Of a stretch of DNA of 59,809 nucleotides, positions 39,989-51,078 are shown in pieces. Both the position numbers and the translations under genes were made by a program. Under the pieces are notes generated by a model. That model was not told where the DNA came from, made no database searches, and saw nothing but the letters and a program-made list of their open reading frames with translations. Each line of letters begins with the position of its first letter. The stretch's first letter is position 1. Origin of the DNA: an uncultured Oscillospiraceae bacterium (GTDB lineage: Bacteria; Bacillota; Clostridia; Christensenellales; CAG-314). The DNA lies in assembly GCA_964506035.1 (NCBI GenBank), contig CAZDLE010000002.1, forward strand, positions 1 through 59,809. Reading direction: 5' to 3'.

Positions 39989-42900
39989 ATGTTTAATCCG
40001 GCTGATGCTTCAAATAGAATAAAAGAAGAATTTATTGATTATATCTCTACGTCGTTTTCTGTTGCCGACCAAGAATACGATAAATTATTCAAGGAAAAAT
40101 TAAACCAACACGGTGTAATTTCAAAGGGGCCCCTTGTTGATATAAAGGATATTTTTAGAAGTGGAAAAACTTTGGCTAACTTGTGCTCCGATAACGTTTT
40201 GTCTCCACTCTTTCACAAAATAGAAAAAAACAAGCCTATCGGGGATAAATATAAACATAAATTTCCTGTTAATAGACCGCTGTATTTGCATCAAGAAAAG
40301 GCAGTAAACGTAATTACTACAAACAAGAAAAATGCAGTAGTTACAACCGGTACAGGTTCGGGTAAAACGGAATGTTTCTTAATCCCTGTTATTAATGAAT
40401 TATTAAGGGAAATAGAATCCGGAACATTAAAACCCGGCGTTAGAGCGTTATTAATCTATCCGATGAACGCGCTTGCAAACGACCAAATGAAGAGACTAAG
40501 GGAATTACTTATGTATTATCCCCAAATTACTTTTGGCGTATATAATGGTGATACTGAAAAAACCGAAGAAAAGGCTATTGCAAAATATCAAGATTTGCAT
40601 TCATTGGAAGCGTGTGATGAACTTAAACAGCCGTTAGAAAATGAGTACATTTCAAGAGAAAAAATGAATGAAACGCCACCGCATATTTTATGTACTAACT
40701 ACGCTATGTTGGAACATATGATGTTACGCCCTGAAAACGACAAAATTTTCGCTAATTCAGATTTTAAATTTGTCGTTCTTGACGAAGCGCATATTTATAC
40801 AGGTGCTACGGGAATGGAAACGGCTTTGCTTTTGCGTAGATTAAAAGCAAGGATTAAAACTAGTACTAAAACCCAATTTATTTTAACTAGTGCAACACTT
40901 GGGGAAGAAGGAAAATCCGAGAAGGAAATTATCAACTTTGCTGAAAATTTGTGTGGCGAAACTTTTGACGAAACAAGTATTATATACGGCAAAAGAGAAA
41001 CGCTCGTTTTTGATGGTGAGATTAATAATTATCCTATTGAGTTGTTTGAAGATTTAGCGACTGCAAATACAGACAAGTATGCAGAAGTTTTCACTCGTTT
41101 TGGTATCCCTTATGATTCTACCATCCCTTTTGCTCATAATCTTTATAACTTGTGTCGAAATAGCATTTATTACAAAAGAATACGTGAAGAATTAAGACCG
41201 CCTGTTGATATTGATTTATTAGCAAACGTATTAAATGCAAACAAAAATCAAGCCATTTCGTTTATCCACGTCTGCACGTTAGCGGAGAAAAATGGTAAAT
41301 CTTTAATTGATGCAAAATATCATTTTTTTCTTAGAGCATTAGAAGGTTTATACACTACATTATTTGGCAATAAGCAATTGTTTTTAGAAAGAAGAAATAC
41401 GGCAACTTTCGATAATAAACAGATTGCTTGTTTTGAACGCGCTGTTTGTAGAAACTGTGGCGAACTCGGTATTGTAGGAAAAACAGAAAAGCAAGGAAAA
41501 TTAGATAAATTAGTCCTTGCAACTCAATATGATGAAGAGACTAGATTTTTTCATATCAAATCTACTACCGAAGATGAATTTGAAGAGTTTGATTTTGAAG
41601 GTAACGAAGAAATCGAAGATGAAGAAGTCGTAAAAGTAAAAGAAAAAAGTTATAAAGAATATTACTTGTGCCCCGTTTGTGGCGCAATTACCGAAAAGGA
41701 CGATGGTAAGCCAAGATGTGATTGCGGAGTTTTACCAATAATTGTATCTGAGTACGTTAACTCTGATGCAAAATGTCCTAAGTGTCAAGGTGGAAAATAT
41801 AGAAGATTTTACATAGGCGCAGAAGCAGCTACCGGGGTTCTTGCTACTACATTATTTGAAGAATTACCATCAAAAACCATTAAAGATTATGGTGAAGACG
41901 GAGTTGAATTAGAGTTCGAAGGCGGAAAGCAGTTTTTAGCCTTTTCCGACAGCAGAAGCGAGGCAGCTTTCTTTGCTTCGTATTTGGATAAATCATACAA
42001 AGAATTCTTGCGTAGACGTGGTCTTGTTCAAGTTCTTCAAGATATAAAAGGCGATTTGTTAGACGAACCGATGAACTTATCGGAATTAGCTGACGAATTA
42101 ACAAAATTGTTTGCAAGCAAAGAAACATTTAAGGAAGAACTAACAGCGGTTCTTACTCGTAGAGAGTTAAAACGTATTTCGTTAAAGAATGCTTGGATGG
42201 CTATCCTTACGGAACTTGTATATGCAAGAAGACGTACTAGTCTTGTTTCTTTGGGTAGAATTAAATTTGAATACATAGGAAACAACGAGAAAATCGTAAC
42301 GGCATTAAGTAAAAAATACAACTTGGACGCAAAAATTTGCAAAGAGACATTGGATTATCTTGCTCTTACATTTGCTTATTTCGGAGCCTTGCAAATTGAT
42401 GACGATATAATTGATGCTGATGAACGAAAATATATTTTCTACACCGACAAGCAAAAAGCAGTAATATTGCAAAAAACGGCATCTACGGATAGATACGTTA
42501 TGAGTTGGAAAGCGCGTAATCGTGAAGGAAAAGTAGATACTTATTATCCTAATAGTCGTGTGCGCTTAATCGCAAGCATTTTAAAGTCGGACGAAAAACG
42601 AGCAAATGAATTTTTGGAAGATTATTTTAATAAATGGTTAATTAAGCCTGAAAATAAATATCACTTGGTTCGTGGCAACGGGAATATCTACTATATGCCT
42701 ATTGAAAATTATCAGGTCCGCGTATATGGAGATGAATCGGCGCATTGGTATAAATGTGATAAATGTGGCAAGGTTTCCGTTTACAATATAAACAATAAGT
42801 GTTTAGAAAATGGTTGTGGCGGTAATTTGTTTGAAATACCCCCTGAAAAGTTGTTTGAAAACAACCACTATTTAAGGTTGTATCAAAAGAAAGATTTAAC

Positions 42901-45148
42901 AGCATTATTGATAAAAGAACATACGGCACAATTATCAAGAGAAGAAGGATTAAAATTCCAAACACAATTTGAGAAGAACCATATCCACGCATTGTCCTGC
43001 TCAACTACATTTGAAATGGGTGTAGACGTTGGTGAGTTGGAAACTGTTTTCTTAAGAAACGTTCCACCTACGGCTGCAAACTACGCTCAACGTGCAGGTC
43101 GTGCAGGTAGAAGTAAAAACTCGGCAGCGTATTCGCTCACTTATGCGAAATTAAGTTCCCACGACTTTACGTACTTTAATGAGCCTACAAAAATTATTGT
43201 AGGCGAAGTTAAACCGCCTGTTTTCAAAATAGACAATCGAAAAATAGTTTTGCGACATATCTATGCCGTTGTTTTAAGCTACTTCTTTAAGAGAAACCCT
43301 GAAATCTTTAACAAAAACAAGGCAGAAGCGTTTTTAGATAATGGTGGCTATGAATTATTATTAGACCTAATAAAAGTCTCTTCTCCTGAGAGAGATTCAC
43401 TATATGATTTGTTGTCAAAATCAATTCCAAATGTATCTTCTTATAATTGGGAAGAAGAATTTGTCGGAGACAACGGTATCCTTAAATGTGTTATTGAAGA
43501 ATATAAAGAAAATGTAAAAGAAATACAAGCGATTATCGATATTTGTTATGAAGAACGAAATGCAGATAAAGCCAAGCGTGCGGAACGTTCACTTGCAAAG
43601 TATAAAGCTAAAGAACTTATTGATTTCTTTGTCCGCAACAATATTTTACCTAAATATGGTTTCCCTATCGACACGGTAGAATTAGACGTTACAACGGATG
43701 AACATCAAAGACAAGAATTGCAATTGTCAAGAGATTTGAAAATGGCGATTTCTGAATATGCTCCGGGTGAAAAGGTTATTGCAAACAATAAAATGTATAC
43801 AAGTAGATACATTAAAAAGTCTTTCTTTAACAACAGAATGGACTATCACACTTCTTATGTTTGTCAATGCGATAACTGTCAAACTTGGAATTATAGCATT
43901 AACGACCCAAGAGAATCCGATGAACTTGTAAAATGTGTTGCTTGTCATAAACCTATCACCAAAGGGAAATGGGATGACGCAATCGAACCAAGAGCAGGAT
44001 TTATTGCTGAACATAGAGCTGAAGAGGTTCCTATGTCTCGTCCGGATAAAATTTACCATAGTCAAGATTCTTATATTGGCAACGGTAAAAAGATGGACGA
44101 ATTTTTGTTCTCTATAAACGATAGAGATATAATTTTAAAGTCTAGTGAAAACGACTCAATTATGGTTACTTCCCACACCAAGTTTTACGTTTGTAAAAAA
44201 TGTGGGTATACGTATGGTTTCCACGATATAATTAGAGATGAATCGGGCAAAAAAGATAAAGATGCTATCAATGCTATCACGAAACGTTCTCCATACATTA
44301 TTGTAAAACGCAAACATAAAAATGTACACGACCATTACTGTAACAATACTTATTTTTACCCGTTTGTTTTAAATCACACCTATAAAACGGACGTTGTTTT
44401 AATGGATTTCCAAGAATACAACGGCGAAGAAAAAACAATGTTGTCTATTCTATATGCATTGCTGAATGCTATGTCCGATGTGTTAGGTATAGATAGAAAC
44501 GATATTGGCGGAAGTTTAAAAGCCACTTTTGATAGAGATGTTGGTGATATTAGATATTCGCTTGTCTTATATGATACAGTTGCAGGTGGTGCAGGTCACG
44601 TACGTAGATTGTTAAATTCTACTGTTTTGAGCCAAGTGTTTAATAATGCACACAACGCAATGAAACATTGCCTTTGCGATACTTCTTGTTATAACTGTTT
44701 AAGAAGTTATTCAAATCAAAGAGTTCACGAAAAACTCGATAGACATTTAGCAGAAGAATTTTTATCTTCCTATTTAGGTGAAGCTACAGAACTAGTTATC
44801 CGTCAAAACCAAGAAGTTAAAGAATTAAAATTATTATCGGACGGGTTAAATATAAAAACTGAAGATTACGATTATATTTTCTCTCTGCTTGACGATGACT
44901 CTGAAGTTACACAAAGACTAAGTGAATTATTTATAAATCAATCTTTGCCTAAGTCTGATTTTAACGATATAGGATTCAAAATAGATGATGAAACAGGCTA
45001 TGCTAATTTATTGTGGAAAGACAAAAAAGTAATGTTGTTTACTAAAGACAACGAAAATGGTTACGTTTTAGCTAAAAATAGTAATTATCGTTGTTTTATA
45101 TTGGATGAAACTTTTAACTTAACGTTGTTTTTAAAAGCGTTAGACTAA
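39989..45148 (+). CDS. DEAD/DEAH-box SF2 helicase with multiple zinc ribbons and a C-terminal DUF1998 (MrfA-type Zn-binding) domain; DruE/DrmAB-like
   Basis: LYLHQ, TGTGSGKTECFLIP (motif I), YPMNALANDQ, VLDEAHIY (II), TSATL (III), FEMGVDVG...QRAGRAGRS (V/VI). CxxC pairs are CRNCGELG, CPVCG...CDCG, CPKCQGG, CDKCG...NGCGG, CDNC...CVAC and CKKCG. The terminal module is YDTVAGGAGH...CLCDTSCYNCLRSYSNQRVHEKLDR. Confidence 0.9.
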   Translation: MFNPADASNRIKEEFIDYISTSFSVADQEYDKLFKEKLNQHGVISKGPLVDIKDIFRSGKTLANLCSDNVLSPLFHKIEKNKPIGDKYKHKFPVNRPLYLHQEKAVNVITTNKKNAVVTTGTGSGKTECFLIPVINELLREIESGTLKPGVRALLIYPMNALANDQMKRLRELLMYYPQITFGVYNGDTEKTEEKAIAKYQDLHSLEACDELKQPLENEYISREKMNETPPHILCTNYAMLEHMMLRPENDKIFANSDFKFVVLDEAHIYTGATGMETALLLRRLKARIKTSTKTQFILTSATLGEEGKSEKEIINFAENLCGETFDETSIIYGKRETLVFDGEINNYPIELFEDLATANTDKYAEVFTRFGIPYDSTIPFAHNLYNLCRNSIYYKRIREELRPPVDIDLLANVLNANKNQAISFIHVCTLAEKNGKSLIDAKYHFFLRALEGLYTTLFGNKQLFLERRNTATFDNKQIACFERAVCRNCGELGIVGKTEKQGKLDKLVLATQYDEETRFFHIKSTTEDEFEEFDFEGNEEIEDEEVVKVKEKSYKEYYLCPVCGAITEKDDGKPRCDCGVLPIIVSEYVNSDAKCPKCQGGKYRRFYIGAEAATGVLATTLFEELPSKTIKDYGEDGVELEFEGGKQFLAFSDSRSEAAFFASYLDKSYKEFLRRRGLVQVLQDIKGDLLDEPMNLSELADELTKLFASKETFKEELTAVLTRRELKRISLKNAWMAILTELVYARRRTSLVSLGRIKFEYIGNNEKIVTALSKKYNLDAKICKETLDYLALTFAYFGALQIDDDIIDADERKYIFYTDKQKAVILQKTASTDRYVMSWKARNREGKVDTYYPNSRVRLIASILKSDEKRANEFLEDYFNKWLIKPENKYHLVRGNGNIYYMPIENYQVRVYGDESAHWYKCDKCGKVSVYNINNKCLENGCGGNLFEIPPEKLFENNHYLRLYQKKDLTALLIKEHTAQLSREEGLKFQTQFEKNHIHALSCSTTFEMGVDVGELETVFLRNVPPTAANYAQRAGRAGRSKNSAAYSLTYAKLSSHDFTYFNEPTKIIVGEVKPPVFKIDNRKIVLRHIYAVVLSYFFKRNPEIFNKNKAEAFLDNGGYELLLDLIKVSSPERDSLYDLLSKSIPNVSSYNWEEEFVGDNGILKCVIEEYKENVKEIQAIIDICYEERNADKAKRAERSLAKYKAKELIDFFVRNNILPKYGFPIDTVELDVTTDEHQRQELQLSRDLKMAISEYAPGEKVIANNKMYTSRYIKKSFFNNRMDYHTSYVCQCDNCQTWNYSINDPRESDELVKCVACHKPITKGKWDDAIEPRAGFIAEHRAEEVPMSRPDKIYHSQDSYIGNGKKMDEFLFSINDRDIILKSSENDSIMVTSHTKFYVCKKCGYTYGFHDIIRDESGKKDKDAINAITKRSPYIIVKRKHKNVHDHYCNNTYFYPFVLNHTYKTDVVLMDFQEYNGEEKTMLSILYALLNAMSDVLGIDRNDIGGSLKATFDRDVGDIRYSLVLYDTVAGGAGHVRRLLNSTVLSQVFNNAHNAMKHCLCDTSCYNCLRSYSNQRVHEKLDRHLAEEFLSSYLGEATELVIRQNQEVKELKLLSDGLNIKTEDYDYIFSLLDDDSEVTQRLSELFINQSLPKSDFNDIGFKIDDETGYANLLWKDKKVMLFTKDNENGYVLAKNSNYRCFILDETFNLTLFLKALD

Positions 45149-45161
45149 AGGAGATACGTTT

Positions 45162-46871
45162 ATGGCGATTATGATACCAAGCATACCGCAAGATTTCTCA
45201 CCCGAAAGTCGTGAAGGTGAAATGTTTTTAAGTTTGCAAAAATTACCTGATGATTATTACGTTTTTCACTCATTCCGTATTATCAAACTTGAAGATAATA
45301 CTTGGAAAGAAAATGAGATTGACTTCGTAATCTTTAATAAAGACAAGGGCTTGCTTTGTTTAGAAGCAAAGGCAGGCGACGTTTATTGTGAACGCGGTAT
45401 ATGGCATTATGGCTCGGGAAAGGAAATGCGTGATCCGTTTGCCCAAGCAAATTCTAACAGATGGAAGTTATCCCAATACATGGAAGAGTTTTATCAAACC
45501 CAAGAAATTAAGCGTCATTGTAAAATTTTAAGTGGCGTTTGGTTTCCGGGGATAGACAATAATAAACTTTCAAGATTGGCTCTTCCTTCTAACGCTATAA
45601 AAGAAGCCGTTTTAACGAGTGACGATTTAGATAATCCTTTAGATGCAATCGAAAGAATCTTTTCTATTCAAGTTCCCGTTAAAGTTTATGGTGAAACTTC
45701 TTTAGTAGAAACATCTTTAACAAGAAGTGAAGTAGAATCGCTTTTGCAAAATGTTTTATGCCCAACTTTTAATATTTTACCTTCAAAAACTTTAGAATTA
45801 GATTATAAAAGAGAAAAATTCAATGCACTTATAACAGAACAATGTAATCTCTTAAATTATCTTGAAGAGCAAAGAAGCGCAGTAATAAATGGTGCTGCGG
45901 GTACGGGCAAAACTATGATTGCCGTTGAAAAGGCAAGAAGACACGCAAACAAGGGCGAAAAAGTATTGTTTCTCTGCTTTAATATAAAATTGAAAGAGTA
46001 TTTAGAAAAAACTTATGCTTACGAGAATGTTGATTACTATACAATTGATAAATTTGCTTGTAAACTATGTCATTCTATCGAACCAAACTATGATGATTTG
46101 GAAAACAAATTAATTTGTTTGGCTGTTGACGGCGGTTTTCCTTATTTACATATCATAATAGATGAGGGACAAGATTTTGGTCAAACAAGAATGAAAAGTG
46201 AAGAAATTTTCTCTACTTTAGAAGAAATAGTTTTGTCTACCAAGACAGGGACTTTTTATGTATTCTACGACAAATTGCAGTTAGTTCAAAGTTTCAATGT
46301 GCCAAAGTTTATCGAAAATGCAGATTGTAGATTGACTTTATATAAAAACTGTAGAAACACAAAGAAGATTGCAGAAACGTCCTTTAAGCCGATAGGGAAA
46401 ATTCCAAAACTTTTTGATTTCGCTATACCTGGTGTTCTCCCCGAAATCTCTTTTGTTTCGGAAGAAGATATTAAAGAGCGCATTGACTTAACTATAAAAC
46501 AAGCAAATGCTAACGGCATTAAAGACATTCAAATTTTAAGTTGTGTCCCTAGTGGCGAAAGTATGTTAGAGAGTTATCTTGAAAATGATTTCTATAACTA
46601 TAAAGGACAAAAAATACCATTCACTACTTGTAGAAAATTTAAAGGATTAGAGGCAGATAAGATAATTCTTGTGGATGTTAATAAAAACTCAATTATGGAC
46701 AACAATAAGTTATTCTACGTTGGTTCATCAAGAGCAAGGTTTGAGTTAAGTATTTTGGCAACTCTTTCTGATAGCGATTGTGTTGAAATCTTACAAAGCC
46801 TTAACTCTATCGTCAAGAAAAACAATCCACAATTAACGCTTTCAAAAGTGTTGGGCTGCAAATTAATTTAA
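45162..46871 (+). CDS. NERD-domain nuclease fused to an SF1 (UvrD/AAA_19-like) helicase
   Basis: N-terminal NERD pattern GEMFLSLQKLPDDYYVFHSF...EIDFVIFNKDKGLLCLEAKAG. Also Walker A NGAAGTGKTMIAV, Walker B IIIDEGQDF, YKNCRNTKKI, KGLEADKIILVD and FYVGSSRARFEL. RBS aaggag, 13 nt after the helicase stop. Confidence 0.88.
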   Translation: MAIMIPSIPQDFSPESREGEMFLSLQKLPDDYYVFHSFRIIKLEDNTWKENEIDFVIFNKDKGLLCLEAKAGDVYCERGIWHYGSGKEMRDPFAQANSNRWKLSQYMEEFYQTQEIKRHCKILSGVWFPGIDNNKLSRLALPSNAIKEAVLTSDDLDNPLDAIERIFSIQVPVKVYGETSLVETSLTRSEVESLLQNVLCPTFNILPSKTLELDYKREKFNALITEQCNLLNYLEEQRSAVINGAAGTGKTMIAVEKARRHANKGEKVLFLCFNIKLKEYLEKTYAYENVDYYTIDKFACKLCHSIEPNYDDLENKLICLAVDGGFPYLHIIIDEGQDFGQTRMKSEEIFSTLEEIVLSTKTGTFYVFYDKLQLVQSFNVPKFIENADCRLTLYKNCRNTKKIAETSFKPIGKIPKLFDFAIPGVLPEISFVSEEDIKERIDLTIKQANANGIKDIQILSCVPSGESMLESYLENDFYNYKGQKIPFTTCRKFKGLEADKIILVDVNKNSIMDNNKLFYVGSSRARFELSILATLSDSDCVEILQSLNSIVKKNNPQLTLSKVLGCKLI

Positions 46872-46883
46872 TTTTTTCAAAAG

Positions 46884-46919
46884 ATAGGCAGATGTCCAAG
46901 AACGTGGACATTTGCCTAT
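46884..46919 (+). terminator. 15-bp-stem hairpin after the cassette
   Basis: ataggcagatgtcca-agaacg-tggacatttgcctat starts 13 nt after the stop. The downstream T-run is weak. Confidence 0.55.
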
Positions 46920-47527
46920 TGACTTTTATAGATTCTTATGATAAAATAGAATTACGAACACGAGCATATGTTTGAAATATATTTTGTGGGTGTATATATA
47001 ATTAAGGGGTATTCCCCTTGATTTAACTTGCTTGGGGCAGCAGGCTTTGTAAGTGTACGTTTTCGTGCGCTTGTGGGGGATTTTCTCCCGTTTACCCGAA
47101 GCCGTTTTACATAAAGGGAAACAAAACGGTTTTTTTAGGGCTTGATTGTCGTACAATTTTTTACGACAATGTGCCGTCCTTTCGCTTTTATCGAGTGAAA
47201 GGCTTGGAAAGACTGACCAACTTTTCAAGTAGGCGCGCCAACGTTCAAAAAACGGGGGTTGGCGATAGGTCTATTTTGTGGTACAAATTTTTATGTACTA
47301 CACTCTTACAACTTCATATTCGGATATTAAATCCGTGCGAGGTAGAAACGCTATAAGCGTGTTTTAATTCGTACGGATTTTTTGTCCCTTTAGGTCGGTG
47401 GTATTTTTATCAGCGACTTTTTTGCGCCCAAAAATCAAATTTAGTAGGAAATCAAAATGAAAAATTATCATCATTATTACCCGCCGTGAATGTTAAGCAA
47501 ACGGCAAGCAAAACTTTAAGAAAATCA

Positions 47528-47575
47528 GTAAAGTGTAGCCCACTATACTTTGCTCGGCAAAGTGTGGGCTCTGCG
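47528..47575. promoter_or_regulatory. oriT-like inverted repeat upstream of the relaxase gene
   Basis: gtaaagtgtagcccactatactttgc-tcg-gcaaagtgtgggctctgc. The minus-strand reading aaagtatagtgggctacactttac resembles, from memory, the pMV158-type MobV oriT core. Confidence 0.45.
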
Positions 47576-47617
47576 AGGCTAAATAACGATTAAAAAATAA
47601 CAAGGAGGAAAACGAAA

Positions 47618-48642
47618 ATATCATATTTAGTATGCCATATGGAGAAATACCATAAACAAGAAGTTTCGCCCGTTGAAGAAGAAAATGAACGTGACGAAAC
47701 CTTTGAAGCGGACAATCCGCAAATAGATAGCGAGCGAACAAAAGCCAATTATCATATGAGCTTTAACACTCTTACTTACACCGAGTTTATCAATAAACGA
47801 TTCAACGAATTGGGCTTACGTCCACGTAAGGATGCCGTTGTTATGAACTCTTTCGTGGTAGGCTCGGACAAAGCATTTTTCGACGGCTTATCTAAAATTC
47901 AACGATACAGTTTCTTTTCGGACTGCACCAAATTTTTTGAAGAGAGATACGGAGAAGAAAATATAATGTCGGCGGTAGTTCATTTAGATGAAACGACTTC
48001 TCATATGCACTTAAATCTTATCCCCATCACTCCCGACGGAAGATTGTGTAGCAAGGACTTGTTTGATAAGCCCAAACTACAACAACTGAAAACCGACTTT
48101 TACGAAGCCGTTGGAAAGAAATATGGTTTGCAACGTGGTAAGGAAGGAAGTCAAGCAAAACACCTATCCACCGCCGAATACAAAGCCAAGAAGATTATAG
48201 AAGAAGCAGAAGAAATTCGACGTGAAAACCAAGTGTATGCCGATGCTTTGGAAGAAGCCAAAAACGGAGAGATACCTAAAAAGCGTGGCAAGTTGCAAGA
48301 ACAAGTGGTAGCGTTAACGGTAGAAAATAAAAGTTTAACTGAGCGTCTTGACCGTTCTATGCAAGATACGCTTGATATGGTTAAGGAAAACAAGAAGATT
48401 AAAGCAGAACAGTCGAAAGACGTTAAATACGCCCAAGTCGGTAGATACATAGCAAGTAATGCACCGAATTTATGTAGAAATATCTTAAACGGCGCAAGTC
48501 TACAAAGGTGTTCTTCTCTGCTGTGGAAGATTTATGTAAACCGAGTGTAACGGCTCAAGTTCCCCGACTTCAACAAATAGAAGCGGAGATTGAAGAAGAA
48601 CGTGTAAAACACGAAAGTAAAAACAAAAATTATAAATTTTAA
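47618..48642 (+). pseudogene. mob: MobV-family (Mob/Pre) relaxase, apparently decayed
   Basis: It has the Mob_Pre motif VHLDETTSHMHLNLIP. The conserved N-terminus ISYLVCHMEKY begins with ATA (47618) 10 nt after GGAGG instead of ATG. The C-terminal ~50 aa (KVFFSAVEDLCKPSVTAQVPRLQQIEAEIEEERVKHESKNKNYKF) continue in another frame after about 48478. Confidence 0.7.
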
Positions 48643-48743
48643 CGGGATATTTTCTTTTCCCTTTCCAAAAGAGCTTGACTTAAAGCGTAATATTAAGTAA
48701 AATATGTATTAATACGATACAATATTTTCGGAGGATAAGTTCA

Positions 48744-48977
48744 ATGGAAAGAAAAGAAGATACTCCTTTGCGCAAGACACGCAGGAAGTATGAAGAAAAG
48801 AATAAAGAAAAGAGAAAGCAAGCAAGCGGAACGTTCGGTACTATGATACCGAGAACACTATTTGATGAAATAAACGCCTTTCTCGAAGAAAACGGGATAA
48901 CGAAAGTTCAACTCGTAAAAGAAGGATACGAAGCTTTAAAGAGTAAAAAAGAAAACGGTACTCTAAATAAAGAATAA
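48744..48977 (+). CDS. Small basic protein, possible ribbon-helix-helix type accessory/relaxosome protein (tentative)
   Basis: 77 aa with a Lys/Arg-rich N-terminus, then TLFDEINAFLEENGITKVQLVKEGYEAL. RBS ggagg. Confidence 0.5.
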   Translation: MERKEDTPLRKTRRKYEEKNKEKRKQASGTFGTMIPRTLFDEINAFLEENGITKVQLVKEGYEALKSKKENGTLNKE

Positions 48978-48993
48978 GACCGTTGCTTCCAAA

Positions 48994-50908
<1,915 letters not shown>

Positions 50909-50997
50909 AGCAAAAAGGGAATCTGAGTGGGTTGGTTTTATACCAACTTACTCAAAATTTCCCAAGAGCACCCCACTTTTGGGGTGCACGTCACAAT

Positions 50998-51030
50998 TTG
51001 ACTGTCGTTTTTGTTTTGTTTTGTATTAAA
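50998..51030. repeat. Right flanking inverted repeat of the island (putative attR outer arm)
   Basis: ttgactgtcgtttttgttttgttttgtattaaa is the reverse complement partner of 35563-35589. Confidence 0.7.
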
Positions 51031-51078
51031 ATGTATATTATTTGATAAAAATCGTCCTTTTGACGTTGTTTTTACTTG

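Noticed and set aside
35865-46871. DISARM or a restriction-modification system
   Set aside because: No methyltransferase, PLD-nuclease (DrmC) or SNF2 (DrmD) gene is present, and helicase and DUF1998 are fused in one protein. The layout fits a Druantia-III-like or novel system better.
46926-47228. 100-aa minus-strand ORF between the cassette and mob
   Set aside because: It has no RBS and a Lys/Cys/Pro-rich unnatural sequence, and the region is full of hairpins and inverted repeats more consistent with non-coding element DNA.
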